A DNA stretch of 64,000 nucleotides from Octopus vulgaris (GCA_951406725.2 OX597832.1:47926001-47990000), one strand, 5' to 3'; shown: positions 11,430 through 23,819, numbered from the stretch's first letter. Notes: generated from the letters alone by a model not told the origin. Program-made: numbers and translations.

Positions 11430-11820
11430 GGCGCAGGAGTGGCTGTGTGGTAACTAGCTTGTCTACCAACCACATGGTTCCGGGTTCAGTCCCCCTGCGT
11501 GGCACCTTGGGCAAGTGTCTTCTACTATAGCCTCGGGCCGACCAAAGCCTTGTGAGTGGATTTGGTAGACGGAAACTGAAAGAAGCCCGTCGTATATATG
11601 TATGCGTGTGTTTGTGTGTCTGTGTTTGTCCCCTAGCATTGCTTGACAACCGATGCTGGTGTGTTTATGTCCCCGTTACTTAGCGGTTCGGCAAAAGAGA
11701 CCGATAGAATAAGTACTGGGCTTACAAAAGAATAAGTCCCGGGGTCGAGTTGCTCGATTAAAGGCAATGCTCCAGCATGGCCACGGTCAAAAGACTGAAA
11801 CAAGTAAAAGAGTAAAGAGA
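11430..11820 (+). mobile_element. SINE family A, full length
   Basis: Same consensus as 10372-10778, opposite orientation. Confidence 0.9.
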
Positions 11821-12125
11821 GTCAATTTAAATACAAGATAATTTAAGATTTTAAAAAATACTTTAGCATTTAGACCAATCATATCTGTCCCAAATATCCT
11901 GTTTTATGGTCAAACTGGCCAGATCTAGTATATCACACCTACCCTGCAATGTCACTCTAAAAATTAAGCAACCACATCTTTGAAATCTCTAAGGTACAAG
12001 ATAATACATGATTAATTTGTAAAATGTGAGTAAATAAGCATTATATTTGACAGTAATCAGAATGCTAAAGAGCTAAATTTGTTTATTAGATGGTTCTCTG
12101 TATAAATAACATTATTCTATGCAAT

Positions 12126-12615
12126 AGGCGCAGGAGTGGCTGTATGGTAAGTAGCTTGCTTACCAACCATACGGTTCTGAGTTCAGTCCCACAGTGTGGC
12201 ACCTTGGGCAAGTGTCTTCTACTATAGCCTCGGGCCGACCAAAGCCTTGTGAGCGGATTTGGTAGACGGAAACTGAAAGAAGCCTGTCGTGTATATCATC
12301 ATCATCGTTTAACGTCCGCTTTCCATGCTAGCATGGGTTGGACGGTTCAACTGGGGTCTGGGAAGCCCGAAGGCTGCACCAGGCCAGTCAGATCTGGCGG
12401 TGTTTCTACAGCTGGATGCCCTTCCTAAACGCCAACCACATATATATATATATATTAGAGGGGAACCACTATGTGGACACTCATATGCTAGAAGGGAAAC
12501 CACTATGTGGACAGTAAAATTGTATTATATATATATATATTAGAGGGAATATTTCTTAGTGGTGAGACGGTAGCGGATTTATTTCTAGCATATGGGTGTC
12601 CACATAGTAGTTTCC

Positions 12616-12649
<34 letters not shown>

Positions 12650-12962
12650 CAATTTTTACTGAACATTCAGTTTTTTTATGCTAGACCACTGGTGCGAAAT
12701 CGATGTTAATTGAATGAATATCTAATTTCTTACTCTCATTTTAAATATATATGTTTGTGTGTCTGTGTTTGTACCCCCCAACATTGCTTGACAACTGATG
12801 CTGGTGTGTTTATGTCCCCGTAACTTAGCGGTTTGGCAAAAGAGACCGGTAGAATAAGTACTAGGCTTACAAAGAATAAGTCCTGGGGGTCGATTTCCTC
12901 GACTTAAAGGCGGTGCTCCAGCATGGTCGCAGTCAAATGACTGAAACAGGTAAAAAAAGAGT
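12126..12962 (+). mobile_element. SINE family A split by a family C fragment and an inverted-repeat element
   Basis: Head at 12126-12290 and tail at about 12750-12962. Inserts lie in the central microsatellite. Confidence 0.75.
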
Positions 12963-13393
12963 ATAATATGAAATTTTACTTACGAAATGAAAAATGAATA
13001 CTGCTGCACACTGTAGCTTCCCTTTCCCCTCTGTATTTTTTTTTTTTTTTTTCTCAGACCTTCCTCTCTTGTGCAGTCAGTAAGTCTGGTAACTTATTCC
13101 ACACCCTCACTCTTTCAGTCGTTAAGTCTGGCAGCATTTTCCCACCCATTCTCCTGTTTAGTTGTCATTCAGTTCAGTGCAAAGGTGAAAATACTTCAGC
13201 GCCCCTCTTCTTTTCCCTTTAACTTTCTATTACTTACTCCTCAGTTCTCTCTGTCTTTCTCTCTGTCTGTCTCTCTCTCTCTCTCTCAGAATCTGTCCTT
13301 AGATTTCTTTTATTTTTCTCATTAATTGTGTCTGTCCATATGTAGATCTTTAGTTGTATCTTTTTTTTCTTTTTCATTAGCCAATTCTCACTC

Positions 13394-13477
13394 TCTCCCC
13401 TCACATCCCTCGCTCACCCCCTCACATCCCTCGCTCACCCCCTCACATCCCTCGCTCACCCCCTCACATCCCTCACT
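13394..13477. repeat. 21-bp minisatellite (CCCCTCACATCCCTCGCTCAC, about 4 copies)
   Basis: Directly visible tandem units. Confidence 0.85.
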
Positions 13478-13683
13478 CTTTCTCCTCGTTCCCTCTCCCT
13501 CTTAACTGTCTTTTATCCTTGCATTGTTAGATACTTTCCTCACTTCTGTTCCTTGGTTTTTGTTTATCTGATGAGAAACATTCAACCGAAACAACAAAGT
13601 AAACATACAACCCAATTCTCTATTTTTCAGTCGTAAAATATTTTCAGAAACATGTTCACAACATACAAGGAAATGCTTTATAA

Positions 13684-14053
13684 TCTCTATATATAAAAAC
13701 GGCGAACTGTCTTTCTGTGTGTGTGTCCTTTATACAAATCCACAATTTTTCAGTTAGAGGGTTCACACTTTCTATGGTCATTCAAAACCGTCCAAGGCTG
13801 GTCATGCACATCCTTACATTTCCCCAGTCACCCCGCAAAGCCATTAATAAAAATCAATAGAAGTGACTTTTTTGTGAATTTTCTATCCACAACCCAATCA
13901 AAGTGCCCGAAACTTGATACGCCAATTGAATGCCAGCTAGCTGTATGTGATTGGTCAGAGACTTGGACAGTACTCGCGTGTATGTGCACACGCACGCAGC
14001 TGTATATGCATGCACTAGCACTATGACCCAGTGTTGCCGCGTCATAGTACTAG
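13684..14053 (+). mobile_element. Non-autonomous Helitron (second family)
   Basis: 5' TCTCTATATATAAAA, hairpin ACTATGAC...GTCATAGT, terminal CTAG, A|T insertion site. Confidence 0.85.
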
Positions 14054-14463
14054 TTAATTTATAATATAGGAAATTATAGGTAGTAGTATTTCAAAATCAA
14101 AGGGTGCCTCACACTGAACTCAAGGCTTTCTATTATGTTGAGTAAATAGTATAGATCATGTATTATTCTAGCTCTTTCTGTGTGTGTGTGTGTGTGTTAG
14201 ATCATAATTTCAATGTTCATTTTTGCATAGTTGCTTTGGTCAACAATTATTTTATGTTTGTGCGCAGTTGCATTTTGTGAGTGATTGATTTGTGAAAGTA
14301 CCGCTTTTTGCCATATGCATTTGTGCACATAGGCACTGACAGTCCCCAGGTTGTGAAGGAGTTCTGGTCTTATGTTTGTCTGTTAAGTGGGAACATTTAG
14401 GTGCAGTTTGCATCTAGTGTTGGTTAGTCAAATGTTTGTCTTGGTGTGTCGTGTAAATAAGAC

Positions 14464-14691
14464 TTAACCTTTCATTACTGTATTTATTTTGAGATGCTCT
14501 GTGTATCTTTCAATTACTTTAAATATAACAAAGAATTTAGTAAAATAACTTAGTTATCATTCAGCTAGTGTTAGGAACATAAATTGTGACTAAGGTTTGG
14601 TGGAAGATTTTAATTAAAAACTTATGAAAACAAGACATTTGTACTACAGAGACAGAGGCGGTTTCAGCCCGGCTGGTATGAAAAGGCTTAA
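14464..14691. mobile_element. piggyBac-like MITE
   Basis: TTAA at both ends. Same element as 35196-35424 (inverted) and 60022-60252. Confidence 0.75.
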
Positions 14692-15432
14692 GACATTTTA
14701 AACATAAGAAGGCATGTAAAAGCACCCACTACACCCTTGGAGTTGTTGGTTTTAGGAAGGGCACTAAGCTGTAGAAACCATGCCGAATTGGACTGGAGTC
14801 TGGTGCAGCCCCCCAGCTTTCCAGTTCTGGTCAAGTCATCCAACCCATGCCAGCGTGGACAACAGACGTTCAGTGATGATAATGATGAATACAGTGTTGG
14901 AGCCTGGTGCAGCCATCTGGTTCGCCAGCCCTCAGTCAAAATCGTCCAACCCATGCTAGCATGGAAAGCGGACGTTAAACGATGATGATGATTGTATAGT
15001 TTTAGAACAAGATTGTGGAGTAGGTGTGAGAGGTCAGATCTGGCCAGTTTAAATGCTAAAGAGTTAACTGGGTTGTAAAGGGAAAGAAGGTGGAGCTAGT
15101 CCTGGAACTGTTTTTGATACCATCTCATATATATGTATATATGTAAATATACGAATCAATAAATGGTGGGGTTGTGTTGACCACACGTGGAGAAATGATA
15201 GGAGAGGAAAAATTATAATAAGGCAGAATGCTAAATTGAAAGTAAATTTGAATAAAAATGGGTGTATGGAAAATTAAAAAAGAAAAAAAGAAAGCATAAT
15301 AAATCAAACCGGTTTTCATTGCAAGGCATATTTTCAAGATTTGGAAGGGGAAAAGAAATTTTTTTTAAATTAAGGAAGGGGAAAAAAGAAATTTACAATG
15401 TTTTTGTTTCAAAAAAATAATAATTACCAAAA

Positions 15433-15827
15433 GCGCAGGAGTGGCTGTGTGGTAAGTAGCTTGTTTACTAACCACATGGTTCCGGGTTCAGTCCCACTGC
15501 GTGGCACCTTGGGCAAGTGTCTTCTACTATAGCCTCGGGCCGACCAAAGCCTGGTGAGTGGATTTGGTAGACGGAAACTGAAAGAAGGCCGTCGTATATC
15601 TGTATATATATATATATATGCGTGTGTGTGTCTGTGTTTGTCCCCCTAGCATTGCTTGACAACCGATGCTGGTGTGTTTACGTCCCCGTCACATTAGCGG
15701 TTCGGCAAAAGAGACCGATAGAATAAGTACTGGGCTTACAAAGAATAAGTCCCGGGGTCGATTTGCTCGACTAAAGGCGGTGCTCCAGCATGGCCGCAGT
15801 CAAATGACTGAAACGAGTAAATGAGTA
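15433..15827 (+). mobile_element. SINE family A, full length
   Basis: Family A consensus. Ends about 110 nt upstream of the exon 6 acceptor. Confidence 0.9.
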
Positions 15828-15938
15828 TATACAAAAATTAATAAATAAGTATACCGATACATTGTAGGGTCTTTATGCTTTTAGAGTTCATACGTAAATG
15901 AATAAAATAATGATAAATTTATTTTTTTATTTTGCCAG

Positions 15939-16940
15939 GTGGTTCCATCGTCTGTGACAACAGGTACTTCGACGACAGGTACCAACACTGTTCAGACCGT
16001 CAGCCAGAGCAGTACCAGCAGCAACACCTCTACCACCAACACCAACACCAACACCACCACGACCACCACCACCTCTGTTGCAAGCACTCCGGTTGTCGCA
16101 AAGCAGATCATCATCTCGAGCCACACTCAGGACAACAGAATATCGAGCACTGTCGGTGGTGGGAGTGGCAGTAGCAGTGGCGGTGCTGGTGAGAGTAAGG
16201 ACGGTAGCAGTGGTAGTGGTGGTAGTAGTGTCAGTGGTGGTAGTAGCAGCAGTGGCAGCAGCAGCAGTCTTGTTGACAACAGCAGCAGGCCTTCGACCTC
16301 ATCGTTGCCGCTGACCTCGGTCATCTCGGCATCAACTTCATCTTTGGTGCACATGCTCGGTGCTTCTTCTACTTCTTCTTCTTCTTCTTCTTCTTCTACC
16401 ACCGCGTCGTCGTCTTCCTCCTCCTCTCTCCTTCCTACATCTCTCTCCAAAACCACCACCACTGCCGCCGCCGCCGCCGCCACCACCACCACAACCAAAA
16501 CCACAACGGCCACCACTGCCACCACCACCACCACCACTACGACTGTCTCCGTTACTACCACCACTAGCACTCCTGCCTCCTCTGTCACCGCTACCACCAC
16601 CACCTCCACCACCACCAGCTCAACTTCTCCATCTAAACCACTGGACCTTCTGAGCAGCTCACTTGCCCAGGCTCAAATTGATTTGGACACATATCATTTC
16701 ATTGAGGAAATTGAAACGGACGTGCCAAGCCAAGTGACCACTCCAAAGAGCAGCAGTAAAACAAATAATAATAATAATAATAATAAGAGCAGCAGTGACA
16801 TTAGCAGTAGCAACAGTAGTAGTAGTAGTAGTAGCAGCAGCAGCAGTAGTAGTAGTAGTAAAAGTAAAAGTAGTATTAACGTTATTAGTACTACTTCGAG
16901 CGGCAACAATAATAGCAGTAGAAGTAGTAGTAGTAGCAGC

Positions 16941-16972
<32 letters not shown>

Positions 16973-17130
16973 CAGCATTACCAAAGGGACGAAAGAGAGC
17001 CCCACGTCCAAACCTACATCCAACCCTCTGCTGGCTAAAATCACCACGTCACCCTTGGTATCAACGGTTTCAAACGCAGCCAGGAAAAGCAGTGCTTCAG
17101 GACCAGACAATCCTTCTAAAATGAACTCAG
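15939..17130 (+). CDS. Exon 6 of bromodomain protein gene (poly-Ser/Thr/Ala/Asn low-complexity exon)
   Basis: TTTGCCAG acceptor, phase 0. Open for 397 codons. Donor CAG|GTAAGG, phase 1. Confidence 0.9.
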
Positions 17131-17169
17131 GTAAGGCTGTCTATTTTGTTGTTGCTCTTTTGTTTGTTT

Positions 17170-17553
17170 GTTTGTTTGTTGTGCGAAGCGGTCTTCGTCC
17201 CAGAGTGTAGTGGGAGAAGTCCGAAACGTGGTCCTTTGCTATTCGTAAGACCCGCAGAAGAGAAAAAGCAGGTCAAACCCCCCCAGACACCGAGAGCATC
17301 GACGGACGGACGGATGGATGGATGAATGCGCATCCAGGCTCAGCGGATGGCGTAGGAAGTCGGGGACAAGAAACAGGAAAAAAGAGTGAGGGAAAGAGTA
17401 CACTAAGGGGTCGCCACCCCACCCCCTGTCGGAGCCTCGTGGAGCTTTAGGTGTTTTCGCTCAATAAACACACACAACGCCCGGTCTGGGAATCGAAACT
17501 GCGATCCTCCGGCCGCGAGTCCGCTGCCCTAACCACTGGGCCATTGCACCTCC
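17170..17553 (-). mobile_element. SINE family D with tRNA-Arg(TCG)-like head
   Basis: GGAGGTGCAATGGCCCAGTGGTTAGGGCAGCGGACTCGCGG head and (CAAA)n tail. Copies at 62665-63010 (+) and about 39985-40290 (+). Possibly one of the described octopus tRNA-Arg-related SINEs (not verified). Confidence 0.8.
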
Positions 17554-18482
17554 ACTTGTTGCTGTTTCTGAGCACTCCACAGACACGTGTACCCTTAACA
17601 TAGTTCTTGGGGAGATTCAACGTGACACAGAGTGTGACAAGGCTGGCCCTTTCAAATACAGGTACAACAGAAACACTAGAACACAAACATTTACATACAC
17701 ATATACTCACACAGAGTTGAAACGCTGTTTGATTTTTTTTTTCCATTCTAGAATTTACATCGTCCCACTACCAGTTTGCCATCACCCCTTCATTTCTCAT
17801 TCATGTTTTGTGATGGAGAGAAAAACACAAGAGTATTATTATTATTATAGTAGATTCCACTTGGCTCTGAATACAGTTTGGGAATGATTTGTTAACAGGG
17901 ATTCTCAGTATAATGTTACCAATGTTTTTTTTTTAATTTTGTCTTTGTTCAGAGATTTTCATGTTGGGATATGGAAGTTAGACATTCACACAGACACATG
18001 CATGCATGCTCACTAACACACATGCACATATATCATTTCTACAGCCGAGTGAACTAGAGCAACGTGAAAATAAAGTGTCTTGCTCAAGGACACAACACGC
18101 AGCCCGGTCAGGGAATTGAACTCACTACCTCATGATTGTGAGCCTGACACTCTAACCACTGAGACATGTGTGTGTGTGTACATACGTATATATGTGCATG
18201 CATGTATGTATGTGTGAGTGTGTTTGTGTTTGTCCCCCTCTGCTGCTTGACAACCGGTGATGGTGTGTTTATGTCACCATAATTTAGCAGTTTGGCAAAA
18301 GAAGGTGATAGAATAAGTACTGGGCTTTAAAATAGATTACCGGGGTCGAGTCATTTGACTGAATCTTTCAAGATGCTACATGTTATGTGTTGTGTGTAAA
18401 TTCATTTGTAAATATATGTATCAATATATGTCACAGATGATCTGCAAGTTTCTAATTATGTTGTTCTTATTTTTTTCCTTAG

Positions 18483-20026
18483 ATCCAGATGTAATCTGTT
18501 TGAAAGAAACTATTAACCTCACATCCGAGCCCGTTTCATTGTCCCAGGCTGTTACAAGTACCACGTCTTCATCGACAGTTTCTTCTACTCCTGTCTCTAA
18601 GTCATTCCTGAAGGGGAGTGCTAAGCAAGAATCGTCTTCATCTGAATCCTCTCCGCCTGTCATAACCATCACGACGTCCCCCAAGAGTGTCTCAGCAAAA
18701 ACCTCCTCTCCAGAGACAATCGCAAAACTACCCCTAAACATTTTCCAGGTGAAAACCGTGCAGAAGAAATTAAGCAGTGTGTCTACTCAACAGGGAGGTC
18801 AGCAGCAACAACAACAGCATCAAGTGGTGGTGATCACTAAAGAAAAACCTTCGGAGAAACGCCTCTGCTCATCAAAGATTGACATGAAAGACGTAAGAGT
18901 GCATGCCATTACCACATCGACTCAACTAAAGGATTCTAATGCAAAAATTCCAAAGAAATCTTCCCCGACAGGCGTTGAAGGAAAACTCGGTGAAAACCCA
19001 AACAGCCTAGCTGAGGGCAAATCTCTGGACAATATTGGTGCTAAACCCAAAACCACCTCGTCCAAAGTGGTGGATGTCTCCTTAACGGAGATCAAAGATT
19101 ACAAAAAGTTAAGAGGCACAGGCAGCATGAACACTTCGCCAGTGGACGCAGTCAAGATTCTCAAGAAGCTTGTGAGTCCCACAAGCGAAGCGGGAAAGGG
19201 CGTGTCTGCGACCGTGTGCGTGAACACGGTTCAGAAGAAAGTGGTGCCAGTGACTAGTTCGATGTCGCTGAGCAGGAAACTGGACACGTCGGTGGGCGGT
19301 TCAATTCTCAGCAAGCCCTCCCCGCCGAAAGTAACTGTGAAGAAGATCGACTCGCACACTGTCACCGTGTCGAAAGTTCTGCTGGAGGGCCGTCGTTCCT
19401 GTAACAACAGCAAAGATATCGTTCTGTCGGCGATTCCGAAACGAAGCGAAGAGATCAAGAAGTTTCCTTCGGTTTTGATCAACAGTTGCCAGAAAGAATT
19501 GGTCACCAAATTAAAACCGCTCAATAAAACATCAGCCCAGCTCACTACTGCTGAAAAGACTCTTAAACCGGTGTCATCGTCTATTTCAATATCCACATCA
19601 TTATCTTCATCATCATCATCCTCATCATCGCCATCATCATCATCTGCATCATCATCATCTTCATTGTCAACATCATCATCATCATCATCACCCTCATCAT
19701 CATTGTCATCATCATCATCATTATCATTATTAACATCCTCATCTTCCTCTCGTTCAGCATCATCTTCATCCTCCTCATTATTGTCATCGTCATCATCATC
19801 AACAACAACAACAACAACTGCAACATCAACAAAATCATCATCACAGTCATCAACATTATCATCCTCATTGCCATCGTCGTCTTCGTCCTCATCCACACCA
19901 TCGTCAACATCTTCATCAACCTCACTAGTAAGAGTGTCTGTGCCAATCTCTTGCATAACTAGCTCCACACAAGAAAACAGAGGAAGTGTGCTCAACAAAT
20001 CCACTAATTTTGAGAAGCAGCGGCTG
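18483..20026 (+). CDS. Exon 7 of bromodomain protein gene (Lys/Ser/Thr-rich, poly-Q, poly-S)
   Basis: TTTTTCCTTAG acceptor, phase 1. Long open frame DPDVICLKET...NFEKQRL. Donor GTACGT, phase 0. Confidence 0.9.
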
Positions 20027-20089
20027 GTACGTAGCTTTTTTTCAGCTTTTTTTTATGTGTGTGTATATATGTGCATACATATGTATATA

Positions 20090-20580
20090 TCTATTATATA
20101 AAATCTGTTCTGTCTGTCTGTGTGTGTGTCTTCTAGGATCTTGGGCATCCTCTGTCCGATTGCGCTCAAATTTGATATGTAGATACCGATGGTTGCCTTT
20201 CATCCTTTCGGGGTCGATAAATTAAGCACCAGTTACGCACTGGGGTCGATGTAATCGACTTTATCCCTTTGTCTGTCCTTGTTTGTCCCCTCTATTTTTA
20301 GCCCCCTTGTGGGTAATAATGAAATAAGTATCAGGGCGTGTATAAGTCTTGAAAAAAATTATAAAAAATCGATTCCAGGGAGAATGCGATCGATAAAGCC
20401 GTGGGAACGTGCGTTTGTACGTGCAAGTACATCAGCTGTTGCAATCCATACTACGCGTACGCGAGAAAAATGCACGGTGTCTCAAATTTAGGTTAAATCC
20501 GTGTTTCTCGAAGGGGAGGCCTATGGGACGGTTGGACAAGTTGTTTTGAGAAAATTTGGTTTAAATGTTTGACAACTCAG
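20090..20580 (+). mobile_element. Probable Helitron 5' portion with an inserted SINE B fragment (about 20195-20328)
   Basis: TCTATTATATAAAA start and TCCGATTGCGCTCAAATTTG motif resemble the two clear Helitrons. No clear CTAG end. Confidence 0.45.
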
Positions 20581-20632
20581 TACTCTCCATTCGATGGGGG
20601 GGACGTTTTGCTCATATATATATGCATGGTTA

Positions 20633-20661
<29 letters not shown>

Positions 20662-20664
<3 letters not shown>

Positions 20665-20858
20665 CAGCGCCATGATAGATCGTTAGCCACTACACACATT
20701 TTTTTCTCTCCTTGTTTTTTCTGTGTCCCTTTCTGTAGATGAGCGTAGGCTCGAAACATAAAAGACTTTTTCTATTCCTGAGCGCTATACTAATACATCT
20801 GTTTGTTTTGTACACCACCTGTCTTCGTCTTTTGTTTTTTTCCGTAAACTCTCCCTAT
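20662..20858 (+). mobile_element. Penelope-like (pLTR-type) dispersed repeat with a minimal hammerhead-like motif
   Basis: Related copies at about 41330-41510 (-), 49537-49710 (+) and 59600-59720 (+). All carry CTG..GA.GAGC.TAGGCT(C/T)GAAAC. Confidence 0.55.
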
Positions 20859-21026
20859 ATATATATATATATATATATGATTCTATCACTCTGAGAAAGT
20901 TTCTAGTTCGAATCACACGTGTCTCGAGATGTGCCGAAGATTTTTTTATTTTGGATATATTTGGGGTACTTAGTGCTTGCTTTTTCCATGGGTATGAGTA
21001 AGTATTTCACTTATATCTCGTGTATA

Positions 21027-21086
21027 TGCCGCTGAAGAGGGGAAAATTTTCTTATGAATTAACCCCGAAATTGGACCAATACGGTA
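21027..21086 (+). ncRNA. Type I hammerhead ribozyme
   Basis: Stem I UGCCG/CGGUA, core CUGAAGA (21032-21038), stem II GGGG/CCCC, GAAA (21067-21070), stem III AUUG/CAAU, cleavage triplet AUA (21079-21081). Confidence 0.8.
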
Positions 21087-21207
21087 ATAACGAATTTTTT
21101 AGAGATTTCTATCGGTTTGTTTCAAGACACATAAATTATAATGGTTATCGACAATTTTTTGTTTCGGCATATTTGGCATTAGAATTTTTCTTCTGCCCTT
21201 ATCTTGT

Positions 21208-21253
<46 letters not shown>

Positions 21254-21581
21254 CATACATACATGCATACATATAAACACATGTGTGTATATGTATATAA
21301 TTTTCAAAGCAGTTTGAGTGTTGTAAACAATATTGATCACACACACATACACAATGCTAGTTCACTGTTTGGCTGCGATATGAGGTGAGAGAATCATCTC
21401 CAACACTTCAAAGCTCATACTTTGTGTATGTGTGTTCGATATATATATATACATGTTCATTTGAATGATAAAATCAATGAAAAGAATATATCTCAGTATG
21501 TTATGTATGAAACTACATAACATGCGCAGGTATTATGAAGAAATATGACAAGAGCACTTGATACATATAGTTGAGTAAAAT

Positions 21582-21927
21582 GTGGCCGATGCCAGCACCG
21601 CCTCGACTGGCTTCCGTGTCGGTGGCATGTAAAAAGCACCATCCGAATCGTAGCCGAAGCCAGTGCCGCCCTGATTGGCTTCCATAAAATGCACCAATCC
21701 GACCGTGGCCGATGCCAGCCTCGCCTGACACCAGTGCAGGTGGCACGTAAAAAGCACCCACTACACTCACGGAGTGGTTGGCGTTAGGAAGGGCATCCAG
21801 CTGTAGAAACTTTGCCAGATAAGACCGGAGCCTGGTGCAGCCTTCTGGCTTCCCAGATCCCCGGTCGAACTGTCCAACCCATGCTAGCATGGAGAACGGA
21901 CGTTAAACGATGATGATGATGATGATG
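21582..21927 (+). mobile_element. Family C retroposon
   Basis: VNTR units, AGGAAGGGCATCCAGC motif and (GAT)n tail. Confidence 0.8.
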
Positions 21928-22291
21928 AGTACTTGCTGGTACTTAATTAATTATAATGCCAAGTTTCATGTTAGAGAAAGGAATACTCGGTATTCTTTTG
22001 ATCAGATTAAAATTATAACTTCAGTTTATTGAACAAATGTGAAGTGGTGGTATAAACTTCCGTTTTTGGGTATTCCCTGAAAATGTATTATTTATCGTAG
22101 CTCGTTACTTGTCAACTTTAGTTAAAAGAGTTATTTTTCTTGGGCTGGTGTAAGGTGATAAATATGTGTGTGTGTGTGCTTCATCAAAAAAAAAAAGGAC
22201 AACAACAACAAAATCAAAACTGTTTGAAAAGTGGGGGCATCAGTCAGTTTATAACCTTGTGCGAGTCAGAATGACAAGTTAGTTTCATAAT

Positions 22292-22630
22292 GGTAAAAGG
22301 GTAAAGAATCCCTTTGGCCATGAATGACCATGGGATTGCACAAGTCTCCTAAGCACATGTCCAGGCAAGGTTGATTATGGGAGACCAGCAGTCATCCATG
22401 CATCCGAGTCTCCCCTCTCCACGCCACTGATGTTATCCAAGGGAAAAGCAAAGGCCGATACAGCTTGGCACCAGTGATGTCGCCACTCATTTCTATAGCT
22501 GAGTGAACTGGAGCAATGTGAAAATAAAGTGTCTTGCTCAAGGACACAACTCACAGCCCGGTCAGGGAATCGAACTCACTACCTCATGATTGCGAGCCCG
22601 ACACTCTAACCACTGAGCCATGTGCCTTCA
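22292..22630 (-). mobile_element. SINE family E (tRNA head, GTGTCCTTGAGCAAGACAC core)
   Basis: TGGCTCAGTGG A box and GAGTTCGATTCC B box on the minus strand. Related copies at about 18040-18166, 35655-35850, 37100-37300 and 44270-44445. Confidence 0.75.
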
Positions 22631-22827
22631 TAATGGTGGTGTGGAAATAAATGTTAAAATTAGCAGGTGACAGGAAAAGTGGGTATGTAGGCATAACTGT
22701 GATTAAAATGCTTGCTTTGCAAGTACGTGGTTTCAGTGTTTTACTCCCACTATGCAGCACTTTGGGCTATTGTCTTCTACTATAGCCTTCAGCCAGCCAA
22801 TTCCTTGTAAGCAAATTTGGTAGGTGG

Positions 22828-23202
22828 GCACTGGCATCGGCCACCATCTGAACGTGGCCAATGCCAGTTCCGCCTAGACTGGCTTCCGTGCCGGTGGCAT
22901 GTAAAAAGCATTATCCAAATCGTGGCCGATGCCAGTGCCGCCTTGACTTGCTTCCGTGCCGGTGGCACGTAAAATGCACCAATCCGATCGTGGCCGTTGT
23001 CAGCCTCGCCTGGCACCTGTGCAGGTGGCACGTAAAAAGCCCCCACTACACTCGCGGAGTGGTTGGCGTTAGGAAGGGCATCCAGCTGTAGAAACACTGC
23101 CAGATCAGACTGGAGCTTGGTGCAGCCGCCTGGCTTCCCAGACCCCGGTCGAACCGTCCAGCCCTTGCTAGCATGGAGAACAGACATTAAACGATGATGA
23201 TG
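22828..23202 (+). mobile_element. Family C retroposon inserted in an old SINE A
   Basis: Family C consensus with SINE A remnants on both sides. Confidence 0.8.
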
Positions 23203-23788
23203 AAACTGTGGAAGCCCACTAGATGTGTGTGTGTGGCTGTCCGACTGTGTTTGTCCCTGACCCCTGCTTGATAACCAACATTGGTTTGTTTGTGTTCACA
23301 TAATGTGGTTCAGTGAAAGAGATTGATTGAGTAACTACTGGGATCAATTTTCTTCACCTGAAACCCTTCAGGGCAGTGTCCAATGACCGAAACAAATAAA
23401 AGGACAAATAAAACAAATAGTTAGTCGCAGGGGTGGCTGTGTGGTAAGTAGCTTGCTTTCTGCGCATGCGTTAGTCGATTACTTCCACACTGAACGCTGT
23501 CAAGATGTGCTTTTGCAGCGGTCTTGAAGTGAAAAAATTTTGAAGGCGCAACTATAAGGTAAAACATTTGTTTTTTGGGGGGATTCAGTGGTTTGGTCAT
23601 TGTCAAGTGAATAATTTATAAGTATTTCTAGAATTTTTACTGGTGGACTTCTTTGTCTGATTTCCCTTCTATTGTGTTGGAAATTATGTGAGCCCTCAAT
23701 CACTCTACCGTGTTTTCAGTTTATCTATGAATGAAATCGATTTATGTCCTTGCTGTCAATCACCAGTAACAACAATTTGTTTCTTTTT

Positions 23789-23819
<31 letters not shown>

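Noticed and set aside
11430-11510. tRNA genes at SINE heads (families A, B, D, E)
   Set aside because: A/B boxes are present but I could not build a complete cloverleaf, and each continues into a SINE body.
13568-13592. CTGATGA...GAAAC hammerhead-like motif (also CTGATGAG at about 53804)
   Set aside because: No pairing stem II or no GAAA at the right distance. At most decayed remnants.
19231-20004. 257-aa Asp-rich minus-strand ORF, and other shadow ORFs over exons 6-7
   Set aside because: Antisense or alternative frames of trinucleotide repeats. The + frame has phase-consistent splice sites.
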